NCBI GenBank assembly: GCA_963801165.1
Contig: CAWDDT010000009.1
Coordinates: 320,001 to 384,000, forward strand
Source: an uncultured bacterium
GTDB lineage: Bacteria > Actinomycetota > Acidimicrobiia > Spongiisociales > UBA5794
DNA length: 64,000 bases
Reading direction: 5' to 3'
The notes beneath the pieces were generated by a model. That model saw nothing but the letters and a program-made list of their open reading frames with translations. It made no database searches and was not told the DNA's origin. A program made the position numbers and the translations under genes. Positions 1 to 8,464 of this stretch are shown here, in pieces. Position 1 is the first letter of the stretch. Every line of letters starts with the position of its first letter.

Positions 1-981
1 GTGCTCAACGGCCTCTGCCGGAGGATCCTGCGAGTCGAGCGGGGCTCGGCAGAGCTGTGGCACGGGGGCTACGACATGGCCCGGTCCGGGTGGGAGGCAC
101 AGGAGGACGAGCTGATCAGGGCCTACGAGCACGTGATTACAGAACGCAAGAAGGTGAAGCGGCGTCTGGCGGACAAGAGGAGAGTGACCGCGACCAGGGA
201 GGCACGCCATCGTCGCCAGCTGCGCACCGCAGGGGTCAAGGACAAGGATGCCCGCTCGATGGAGAAAAAGTCCCGATTCGAAGGCGGGCAGCGCAAGGGG
301 TCACACGACATCAACCTGCTCCGCGACGAAGCAGAGCGTCTCGAGGAACTGGCATCGGGATACGCCATGCATCGCCGGCTCGGAGGCGAGCTGTCGTTCG
401 AGTACGAAGCGCCGCGGCGCAACCGGCTGATGTCGTATCGCGGTCCGCTCGTCGCCGGCGATCAGGTGCTCGCCGACTCCGTCGACGTCGCCATCGAGCG
501 CGGTGATCGGATCCTGCTGGAGGGGCGGAATGGAGCGGGCAAGTCAACGTTGTTGCGGTTGCTGCTCGCCAACTCCTATCTGCCGGAGGAGCGCGTGCTC
601 TATCTGCCACAGGAGCTCACCGATGGCGAGACGAGGGCTCTGCTGGCCGATGTGGAGACGCTCGATACCGCCACACGAGGGCGGGTCCTCGGCATTGTCG
701 CTGTCCTCGGCTCGGATCCGAAGCGGGTGCTGGCCACGGACCTGCCGTCACCGGGCGAGGCCCGCAAACTGCTGATCGCAACGGGACTGGGCAGAGGGGT
801 TTGGCTCCTGCTTCTCGACGAGCCGACCAACCACCTCGACCTACCATCGATCGAGCGGCTCGAGCGTGCGCTGGAGAGCTATCCGGGCGCTGTGGTGGTC
901 GTCACCCACGACGAGCAGTTCGGGCGGAAGGCAACAGACATCACGTGGCACATCGACAGCGGTGTGTTGGAGATCGAATGA
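1..981 (+). CDS. ABC-F family ATP-binding protein (5' part outside window)
   Basis: Coiled-coil linker followed by an ABC domain: Walker A GRNGAGKST, signature PSPGE, LLLLDEPTNHLD, VVVTHD. No TM segments. Confidence 0.85.
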   Translation: MLNGLCRRILRVERGSAELWHGGYDMARSGWEAQEDELIRAYEHVITERKKVKRRLADKRRVTATREARHRRQLRTAGVKDKDARSMEKKSRFEGGQRKGSHDINLLRDEAERLEELASGYAMHRRLGGELSFEYEAPRRNRLMSYRGPLVAGDQVLADSVDVAIERGDRILLEGRNGAGKSTLLRLLLANSYLPEERVLYLPQELTDGETRALLADVETLDTATRGRVLGIVAVLGSDPKRVLATDLPSPGEARKLLIATGLGRGVWLLLLDEPTNHLDLPSIERLERALESYPGAVVVVTHDEQFGRKATDITWHIDSGVLEIE

Positions 982-1880
982 CAATGCACGAAAACGAGCT
1001 GACGGTGACCGTCGATACGGTGCACGAAATGGTCGGTCGCCAGTTCCCCGAGTGGGCGTGTCTCCCGATTAGGCGGGTTTCGCCGGGGGGAACCGTCAAC
1101 GCGATCTTCCGGGTAGGCGAAGAGCTCGCAGCCCGGTTCCCGCTGCAGCCCGGTGATGTTGAGGACGCACATCGCCGGCTCGTGTCTGAGGCCGCCGCCG
1201 CTCGCGAGCTGCTCGGCCACACCCGCTTTCCCACGCCAGAGCCGGTGGCGATTGGTGAGCCCGGCGACGTCTACCCGTTGCCATGGTCGGTGCAGACGTG
1301 GGTGCCGGGCAAGACCGCACGCCCGGACGACCCGTCGCTATCCGGCGGTTTCGTTCACGATATCGCGGAGCTCATCGCGGATGTCCGAGCGATCCCCGTC
1401 AATGGCCGCGTCTTCTCCGGCGGTGGACGCGGTGGCGACCTCGAATCGCACGACGACTGGATGGAGCTGTGTTTTCGGCGGAGTGTGGCGCTGACTGACG
1501 TTCCCCGACTTCGCGGCATTTGGGCGCGTCTTCGCAAGCTGCCCCGAGATGCGCCCGATGTGATGACCCATGGGGACCTCATCCCCGGGAATGTGCTCGT
1601 AGATGATGGGAGGCTCGTCGGAGTCCTCGATGTCGGCGGGCTGGGTCCCGCCGACCCCGCCCTCGATCTGGTTGCGGCCTGGCATCTCCTCGAGACACGT
1701 CCTCGCCTGCTGCTTCGCGATGTCCTTGGCTGTGACGAGCTCGAGTGGCAACGCGGCAAGGCATGGGCGCTTGAGCAGGCGATGGGTGCGATCTGGTACT
1801 ACGTAGAGAGCAATGCGGCGATGAGCCTCATGGGCCGATGCACCCTCGAGCGCATCCTTGCCGACGAGTCGAGCGACTGA
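978..1880 (+). CDS. Aminoglycoside phosphotransferase (APH) family kinase
   Basis: GTVNAIFRVG, HGDLIPGN, GVLDVGG, DPALDL. ATG overlaps the upstream stop (ATGA). Confidence 0.85.
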   Translation: MTMHENELTVTVDTVHEMVGRQFPEWACLPIRRVSPGGTVNAIFRVGEELAARFPLQPGDVEDAHRRLVSEAAAARELLGHTRFPTPEPVAIGEPGDVYPLPWSVQTWVPGKTARPDDPSLSGGFVHDIAELIADVRAIPVNGRVFSGGGRGGDLESHDDWMELCFRRSVALTDVPRLRGIWARLRKLPRDAPDVMTHGDLIPGNVLVDDGRLVGVLDVGGLGPADPALDLVAAWHLLETRPRLLLRDVLGCDELEWQRGKAWALEQAMGAIWYYVESNAAMSLMGRCTLERILADESSD

Positions 1881-1941
1881 ACCTCCCGCGACCGATCCGG
1901 CGTCCATCCAGCCACGGCCGCCGGTCCGGGCGCCGCAAGCG

Positions 1942-2202
1942 CTAGTTGAGCTCGAAATGCTCTGCGATTGCTTGGCGGGCCGGCTCGATAATGGATTCCC
2001 AGGCGGCGTCCGGTAGTTTGTTGATCGTGATGAAGTCCGCCGTGAGAAACACGCTTGTTACCCCGGGGAGTTCGACCAGGGTCGACCCCAGCGGGTCGTC
2101 GATCGGCCGACCCGGCACGTACGTCGTCGGACCACCGACCGGGACTCCGACGGTGAACTTCACTGCATTTGGGTTCGGCGTTGGACTGACTGAGACCGGC
2201 AT
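1942..2202 (-). CDS. NifU/Nfu N-terminal (scaffold) domain protein, ~86 aa
   Basis: PTPNPNAVKF...PGVTSVFLTADFITINK...W is the typical Nfu_N signature. Confidence 0.85.
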   Translation of the reverse strand: MPVSVSPTPNPNAVKFTVGVPVGGPTTYVPGRPIDDPLGSTLVELPGVTSVFLTADFITINKLPDAAWESIIEPARQAIAEHFELN

Positions 2203-2235
2203 CGCATCCTCGCGCATCGTGTGTGGGGATGGTAC

Positions 2236-4170
2236 ATGACCGGTGACGCGGTTCCGCTCGGCGCCGACGTAGGCGGGACTTTCACGGACCTGGTCGGCTG
2301 GGACGGCACCCGGATCGTGACCGGCAAGGTGCCCTCGACGCCGGATGATCAGAGCGTCGCAGTGGTTGCCGGCGCCGTCGGGCTTGGTGTGTCCGCCGAT
2401 CGTTTCCTGCACGGAACCACCGTCGCCACCAACGCCCTGTTGGAGCGACGAGGAGCCGAAACCTCGCTCGTCACGTCACGGGGCTTTGCCGACGTCATCG
2501 AGATCGGCAGACAGGACCGTCCCTCGCTCTACGACAGCTTCGCCGATCGACCCGAGCCGCTCGTGGCCCGGCGGCGACGCTACGAGGTCGACGGACCAGA
2601 TGACATTGACGACAGCATTGCCGGGTCGGCAGCAGTGGCCATTTCCCTGCTGTACGGGTTCCGCAACGGCGCCGCAGAAAGGGAGTTGGCCGGGGCACTG
2701 CGGGAGCGCTGGCCCCACCTCGCCATATCGTTGTCGAGCGAGGTCGCTCCCGAGTTCCGCGAGTTCGAGCGGACCTCCACGACGATTCTCAACGCCTACC
2801 TGGCTCCGGAGACCGGCAAGTACCTGGGACGGCTCGTGAGTCGTGCCGCGGACGCCGGTCTTCCTGCGGCGATCGAGGTAATGCGCTCCTCCGGCGGTCT
2901 GATGCCAATTGCCGAGGCGGTAGCGCTTCCCGCGGCGATCCTGCTCTCGGGCCCGGCGGCGGGCGTCGTCGCCGCGGCGGCGGTCGGTGAATCGCTGGGA
3001 CGCACCCGGCTGGTTTCCTTCGACATGGGCGGGACGTCGACCGATGTGTGCCGGATCGAAGGGGGACGCCCCGAGGTTCTCTACGAGCGACCGGTAGCCG
3101 GCTATCCATGCCGAATGCCGTCGGCGGCCATCCACACCGTTGGTGCCGGTGGAGGTTCGGTAGCCTGGATCGACGGCGGGGGATCGCTCCGGGTCGGCCC
3201 GCGATCGTCGGGGGCGCAGCCGGGGCCCGCCTGCTACGGGCACGGGGGCACCGAGCCGGCAGTCACCGATGCCAACGTCGCACTGGGCAGGGTCAACCCC
3301 GCGGGCAATCTTGCCGGGTCACTTCGAGTGCGTGGCGATCTGGCACAGACGGCGTTGCGAACCGTGGGTGACTCGCTCGGTTTGTCCCTGCCGGCGACCG
3401 CGCTCGGTGTGGTGACGGTGGTCGAGGAGATCATGGCGGGGGCGATTCGCACCGTGTCAATTGAGCAAGGTGCCGATCCCCGCCAGGGCTACCTGGTCGC
3501 ATTCGGCGGAGCCGGTGGGTTGCACGCCACCGCGCTCGCACGCCGTCTCGACATGGCCGGGGTGATCGTTCCGCCGTATGCGGGCGTGTTCTCGGCCCTC
3601 GGGTTGCTGCTGAGCCCGCCGCGTGCCGATGCCGCTCGGTCGGTGCGTATGGAAAACGGTGACCAGCTCGACGGCGAGATCGCCGGAATCATCACGGAAG
3701 CCGGGGACCGAATGCGGCGCGGAGGGTCGGAGCCCGAGACGACGCTTGCCTATGCCGACGTTCGCTACCTCGGTCAGGCGCACGAGACGACGGTGCCGTA
3801 TGCCCCCGGTGACGGCTGGGATGTGCTGCTCGCCCGGTTCCACGAGTTGCACGAGGTTCGCAATGGATTCGCCCGAGCCGGTGATCCGGTAGAGGTGGTG
3901 ACGGTTCGCGCCGAGAGTGTGGGTCGCCCGATCCTCACCTGGTCGGATCTGCCCGAGGTGCGACCCGGCGGTGTAGTCGACCTGCCGCCGCGCCGGGTGC
4001 TCACCGACGCAGGGGAAGTAGAGGCCCGGGTGGTCAGCCGGTCAGGTCTCGGCGCCGGCGACGAGATCGTCGGTCCCGCCGTCATCGAGGAGCGGGAAGC
4101 CACCACCTATCTGGGATCTGCCGAGCGCGCCGTGGTGACGGCAACCGGAGCGCTGGAGGTGGAATGGTGA
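2236..4170 (+). CDS. Hydantoinase A / 5-oxoprolinase ATP-binding subunit
   Basis: DVGGTFTD, HGTTVATNALLE, LSGPAAG, DMGGTSTD, GAGGGS, FGGAGGLH. Confidence 0.92.
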   Translation: MTGDAVPLGADVGGTFTDLVGWDGTRIVTGKVPSTPDDQSVAVVAGAVGLGVSADRFLHGTTVATNALLERRGAETSLVTSRGFADVIEIGRQDRPSLYDSFADRPEPLVARRRRYEVDGPDDIDDSIAGSAAVAISLLYGFRNGAAERELAGALRERWPHLAISLSSEVAPEFREFERTSTTILNAYLAPETGKYLGRLVSRAADAGLPAAIEVMRSSGGLMPIAEAVALPAAILLSGPAAGVVAAAAVGESLGRTRLVSFDMGGTSTDVCRIEGGRPEVLYERPVAGYPCRMPSAAIHTVGAGGGSVAWIDGGGSLRVGPRSSGAQPGPACYGHGGTEPAVTDANVALGRVNPAGNLAGSLRVRGDLAQTALRTVGDSLGLSLPATALGVVTVVEEIMAGAIRTVSIEQGADPRQGYLVAFGGAGGLHATALARRLDMAGVIVPPYAGVFSALGLLLSPPRADAARSVRMENGDQLDGEIAGIITEAGDRMRRGGSEPETTLAYADVRYLGQAHETTVPYAPGDGWDVLLARFHELHEVRNGFARAGDPVEVVTVRAESVGRPILTWSDLPEVRPGGVVDLPPRRVLTDAGEVEARVVSRSGLGAGDEIVGPAVIEEREATTYLGSAERAVVTATGALEVEW

Positions 4171-5723
4171 CTGACCCGATCACCCTCGAAGTCGCTAGGA
4201 ACCGTCTCGCCGCCATCGCCACGGAGATGGGCGTGGTGCTGCGCCGCACCGCATACTCACCGAATATCAAGGAGCGAGCCGACTGCTCTGCTGCAGTGTT
4301 CGTACCCTCCGGCGAGATGCTCGCCCAGGCGGAGCACATTCCCGTCCACCTCGGATCGATGCCGGCGTCGGTGGCAGCGGTCCTGGACGTCTTCGGCACC
4401 GACGTGGAGCCGGATACCCAGTATGCGGTGAACGATCCGTTTCACGGCGGTACCCATCTCAACGATCTGACGCTGGTCAGACCGGTGCATCTGGAGGGCT
4501 CGCTGATCGGATGGGTCGCGAACCGGGCGCACCACGCCGATGTCGGCGGCGAGGCGCCCGGGTCCATGCCGGCGCATGCCGTCGAGGTCGACCAGGAGGG
4601 ACACCGGGTGGCGCCGACGGCCGCAGTGCGCGCCGGTGAGTGGCTCCCGGAGTTCGTCGAGCCGTTCCTGGCGGCCACCCGCACCCCGGCGGAGCGCCTC
4701 GGCGATCTATCCGCACAGCTCGGGGCTAACGAAGCGGGTGCGCAACGTGTCCTGGACCTGGCGTCAGCAGAGGGCAAGAACCGGTATCTGGAAGTCGCCA
4801 CCGGTCTACTCGACTACGGAGAACGCCGGATGCGCTCCGCCATCGAAGAGCTCCCCGACGGTCGATACGAGTTCATCGACTATATGGAATGGCGCGACGA
4901 GGATCTTCCCATCCGGGTCGCCGTCACCATCGACGGATCAGAGCTGAGTGCCGATTTCGCCGGCAGCAACTCGCAGATCGCAGGAAACATCAACGCGGTC
5001 GAGGCGGTGACCCGATCGTGCCTCTACTACGCGGTCCGGGTCGCCACCGATCCCTCGATCCCGGCCAACGGCGGCTGCTATCGCCCGTTGTCGTTGCTTG
5101 CGCCTGCCGGATCGCTCGTGAACGCGAACCCTCCAGCTGCGGTAGCGGCAGGGAACGTCGAGACCAGTCAGCGGATCGCCGACACGCTGTTGGGGGCGCT
5201 GGCGCAGGCCGCCCCGGATCGCGTGCCGGCTGCGGGCCAGGGAACCATGAACAACGTGCTCATCGGCAATGACGACTTCGCCTACTACGAGACGGTGGGT
5301 GGTGGCCAGGGTGGGCGCCCGGGACGAGCGGGGATGTCCGGGGTGCACACCGGGATGACCAACACCAAGAACACGCCGATCGAGTCGCTAGAAGCGCACT
5401 ATCCATTTCGGGTCGTTCGGTACGGGCTCCGACGGGGAAGCGGTGGTGTCGGGCAGTTCCCCGGCGGGGAGGGCATCGTGCGTGAGATCGAGTTTGGTAC
5501 CGCGGCCATGGTGTCTCTGATCGGCGAGCGTCGCCGCAACCGGCCGTGGGGGCTCAACGGCGGGGAGCCGGGGGCAACCGGCGAGGACTGGCTGATCCGG
5601 CGCAACGGTGGGCGGGAGCGGCTGCCGGGCAAGACGACTATCGAGGTCGAGCCAGGGGACCGCCTTCTGGTGTTGACGCCGGGTGGTGGGGGATGGGGTG
5701 TCAGCGAAGCTTCGCTTCGCTGA
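4164..5723 (+). CDS. Hydantoinase B / 5-oxoprolinase subunit
   Basis: YSPNIKERADCS, HIPVHLGSM, NDPFHGGTHLND, HHADVGG, GNVETSQR, TPGGGGWG. Overlaps the A subunit. Confidence 0.92.
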   Translation: MVTDPITLEVARNRLAAIATEMGVVLRRTAYSPNIKERADCSAAVFVPSGEMLAQAEHIPVHLGSMPASVAAVLDVFGTDVEPDTQYAVNDPFHGGTHLNDLTLVRPVHLEGSLIGWVANRAHHADVGGEAPGSMPAHAVEVDQEGHRVAPTAAVRAGEWLPEFVEPFLAATRTPAERLGDLSAQLGANEAGAQRVLDLASAEGKNRYLEVATGLLDYGERRMRSAIEELPDGRYEFIDYMEWRDEDLPIRVAVTIDGSELSADFAGSNSQIAGNINAVEAVTRSCLYYAVRVATDPSIPANGGCYRPLSLLAPAGSLVNANPPAAVAAGNVETSQRIADTLLGALAQAAPDRVPAAGQGTMNNVLIGNDDFAYYETVGGGQGGRPGRAGMSGVHTGMTNTKNTPIESLEAHYPFRVVRYGLRRGSGGVGQFPGGEGIVREIEFGTAAMVSLIGERRRNRPWGLNGGEPGATGEDWLIRRNGGRERLPGKTTIEVEPGDRLLVLTPGGGGWGVSEASLR

Positions 5724-5748
5724 CATTCGAGTTTGCGTAGCAAACTCG
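5699..5748. repeat. Two adjacent perfect hairpins (REP-like or bidirectional terminator)
   Basis: TGTCAGCGAAGC-ttc-GCTTCGCTGACA (12-bp stem, contains the hydantoinase B stop) and CGAGTTTGC-gta-GCAAACTCG (9-bp stem), between convergent genes. Confidence 0.7.
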
Positions 5749-5776
5749 GGTCGCGCGAAGAGGCGAGCTCGAGCCC

Positions 5777-5947
5777 TTACAACATCGAGTTGCCCTTCAT
5801 CTCGTTCGTGCGCAGCAGAGTCTCAGCGACGGGAGAGTCCTCCTCCTCGTCATAGAACCCGATGATTTCGTCGCTGCGGTGGGCACTCCAACGGATCAGC
5901 AGTACCACTGCGACGAGGATCCCGATCACGCCTATCCATACAACCAC
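5777..5947 (-). CDS. Small single-TM membrane protein, 56 aa (not in ORF track)
   Basis: GTG start 8 nt after GGAAAGG. Sequence VVVWIGVIGILVAVVLLIRW followed by acidic tail SDEIIGFYDEEEDSP...NSML*. Confidence 0.55.
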   Translation of the reverse strand: MVVWIGVIGILVAVVLLIRWSAHRSDEIIGFYDEEEDSPVAETLLRTNEMKGNSML

Positions 5948-5958
5948 GGCTGCAACCT

Positions 5959-5995
5959 TTCCTGGCTTCGTATTCCTGGCTTCGTATTCCTGGCT
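5959..5995. repeat. 14-bp tandem repeat, 2.6 copies (TTCCTGGCTTCGTA)
   Basis: Exact copies at 5959-5972 and 5973-5986, partial copy at 5987-5995. Confidence 0.9.
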
Positions 5996-6282
5996 GTGTT
6001 CATTGTCAACGGTCGGCGGTGCGGCCCAACCCCTCGACAGGCGGCGGGACCTCCCAAATCCCTACAGGCCGCTTATGTGCTGGCCGTGCATTTCGTTCAG
6101 GTGGGGCAGTCAGCTATATCCATTGTGTGTCACTCGACACGGTGTCGCAACCCCCGTTCGGCCCCTCCGGGTAGTCCAACCGGTCGGGCAGAACGCCTCA
6201 AGATGGCCGCGCTGGGACCGAACTAGTTAGGGCACCATGCGCAGGTGCGGTCGATACCGTTGGTGCCAACGAAGGAGAGCTC

Positions 6283-7212
6283 ATGCAGGAATACCCGGCG
6301 AACCATGAGGGCCCGCCCGAGGTCGACATCACAGTCGTGCTGCCCGTGTTCAACGAGGCTGGTCACCTCGAGGAGGAGATCAAGAGGACGAGGGCCGCCC
6401 TCGACACATCCGACTACACCTACGAGATCATCTGCATCGACGACGGGTCGACAGACGGTTCGACCGAGCTGCTCCAGAAGATCGACGACATCCGGCTGTT
6501 CTCCTTTAACCAGAACAGGGGCACCGGATCCTCCCGCAAGTACGGGACGCTGGCGGCTCGGGGCCGTTATGTCGTCTGGACCGACACCGACATGAGCTAC
6601 CCGAACGACGAGATCCCGTGGCTCGTCGACCAGATCGACGGGTATGACCAGATCGTCGGCGCACGACGTACCGAGGAGGGCACCGTCAAGTTCCTCCGCA
6701 AACCGGCGAAATGGCTGATCCGCAAGCTCGCCAGCTACCTGACCGGGGTCAAGATCCCCGACCTGAACTCCGGACTGCGGGCGATGCGGGTCGAGGTGGC
6801 TCGTCAGTTCGTGCATCTCCTACCGCGTGGGTTCTCCTGTGTCACCACCATCACCATGGCTTTCCTCTCCAACGGCTATTCGGTGAAGTTCGTCCCGATC
6901 GACTACGCCAAGCGCGCTGGCAAGTCGAAGTTCCACTGGTGGGCCGATACCAGGCGGTATCTCATGCAGGTGATTCGCATGGTCCTGTCCTGGAACCCTC
7001 TCAAGATCCTGATGCCACCCGCCGGCATTCTCTTCCTCGCCGGTGGAGCGAAGGTTGTATACGACATCTTCGATAAGCACTGGCGGATGGGCACCAACAC
7101 GATCGTGATCCTCGGTGCAGCGTTTGCCCTGGCACTCCTCGGGATGGTCGCCGATCTGATGGTGCAGCTGAATAAGCAGCGTTACAACATCATCCCGGCA
7201 ACGCGGCGGTGA
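6283..7212 (+). CDS. Glycosyltransferase family 2 (polyprenol-phosphate glycosyltransferase-like, 2 C-terminal TMs)
   Basis: VVLPVFNE, IDDGSTDGS, DTD (DxD), PDLNSGLR, C-terminal hydrophobic hairpin. Confidence 0.9.
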   Translation: MQEYPANHEGPPEVDITVVLPVFNEAGHLEEEIKRTRAALDTSDYTYEIICIDDGSTDGSTELLQKIDDIRLFSFNQNRGTGSSRKYGTLAARGRYVVWTDTDMSYPNDEIPWLVDQIDGYDQIVGARRTEEGTVKFLRKPAKWLIRKLASYLTGVKIPDLNSGLRAMRVEVARQFVHLLPRGFSCVTTITMAFLSNGYSVKFVPIDYAKRAGKSKFHWWADTRRYLMQVIRMVLSWNPLKILMPPAGILFLAGGAKVVYDIFDKHWRMGTNTIVILGAAFALALLGMVADLMVQLNKQRYNIIPATRR

Positions 7213-7237
7213 TGCATGCTCGGCGCCTTTCCCGTGG

Positions 7238-8464
7238 GTGTGTGGTGAGCCGTTGAACGTGGTGCTGACCGGCACGTACTCGTCGCACAACAAAGGCGAC
7301 ATGGCGATGCAGCTGGTCATGGCGCGCGAGCTGAAGTCGCGCGGGTGCAACGTCGCCTCGAGCGTCCCCTTCCTGGAGACCGACATGGCATCGTATGCTG
7401 CTCACGGGGTTCCCGTCTTCGCATCCAATCGGCGCAAGCTCGTGCGAGCGACGTGGCAGCTGGTTCGCCTCATGGTCTGGCGCCTGCTCCGCCGTGTTTC
7501 AGGAGCTCACTGGATCGTGCCCGATGCGGATCTAGAGAGGATCCGTGCGGCCGACCTAGTGGTCGACCTGAGCGGAGACATGCTCACCGACGACTACGGC
7601 CCGCATGTCGCATACAGCCACTACCTCCCCCTCCTTGCTGCACGGCTCTGCGGTACGCCCTACGCGATTGTCGCGCAATCCATCGGGCCATTTCGCTATA
7701 CGCAGCCGCTGGCGCGAACGGTATTGAGGAATGCCTGTCTGGTGACGGTACGTGACGAGCTGAGCATCGCCCACGTCGCCAGCCTGGGTCTTCCCGAGCC
7801 CATCCTCACCGCAGATCTCGCTTTCCTCCTCGAATCCGCACCCAGCGACGCTGTGGCATGGCCGTCGGGCGACGTCCTGGGGGTGTCGGTGAGCAAGCTC
7901 ATGGAGAGCCACTACCAACGTCGCAATCCGCAGGCAGGCTCTCGCTCGTTCGCAGATGTGATGGCCGGAGATCTGGATGCCGTGGCCAGACGACACGGTC
8001 TTGCGGTTGTCTTTTTTCCGCAAGTGACCGGACCGGGGATCCAGAAGGACGATCGTGTAGCCGGCCGCGAGGTCGCTTGCAGGATGGAGATGCCCGCCAC
8101 CGTCATCGACAAGGACCTCGATCCGGTGGTGCTCAAGGGCCTGATCGCCCGGTGTCACGTGTTTGTGGGTTCGCGTATGCACGCCAACATCTCAGCCCTT
8201 TCGTCGCTCGTACCCGCAATACCTATCGCATACAGCCACAAGTCGCTCGGGATTGCTCGCGAGCTCGGTGTCGAGGGTCTCGTGGTCGATGTCTCCGAAT
8301 TGGCTCCCGGTGTGATCGAGCGGGTGGTCGACAACGTATTGGGCGAGAGGGAGACGTTGATCGCGAACCTGGAGGAGAGGCTGAAAGAGGTGCGGAGACG
8401 GTCGAAGATCAACACGGATCTGGTGATGGAGAAGATCGAAACTACCGAGGAGGGCCATCGGTGA
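7238..8464 (+). CDS. Polysaccharide pyruvyl transferase family (WcaK-like)
   Basis: NKGD, QSIGPF, VTVRDELS, TADLAFLL, GSRMHANI, IAYSHK. Confidence 0.88.
   Translation: MCGEPLNVVLTGTYSSHNKGDMAMQLVMARELKSRGCNVASSVPFLETDMASYAAHGVPVFASNRRKLVRATWQLVRLMVWRLLRRVSGAHWIVPDADLERIRAADLVVDLSGDMLTDDYGPHVAYSHYLPLLAARLCGTPYAIVAQSIGPFRYTQPLARTVLRNACLVTVRDELSIAHVASLGLPEPILTADLAFLLESAPSDAVAWPSGDVLGVSVSKLMESHYQRRNPQAGSRSFADVMAGDLDAVARRHGLAVVFFPQVTGPGIQKDDRVAGREVACRMEMPATVIDKDLDPVVLKGLIARCHVFVGSRMHANISALSSLVPAIPIAYSHKSLGIARELGVEGLVVDVSELAPGVIERVVDNVLGERETLIANLEERLKEVRRRSKINTDLVMEKIETTEEGHR

Noticed and set aside
7858-8460. N-terminal extensions given by the ORF track (also 20505-22928, 35067-36716, 48376-49665, 59593-60549)
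   Set aside because: They overlap upstream genes; better starts exist with an SD or stop-start overlap.
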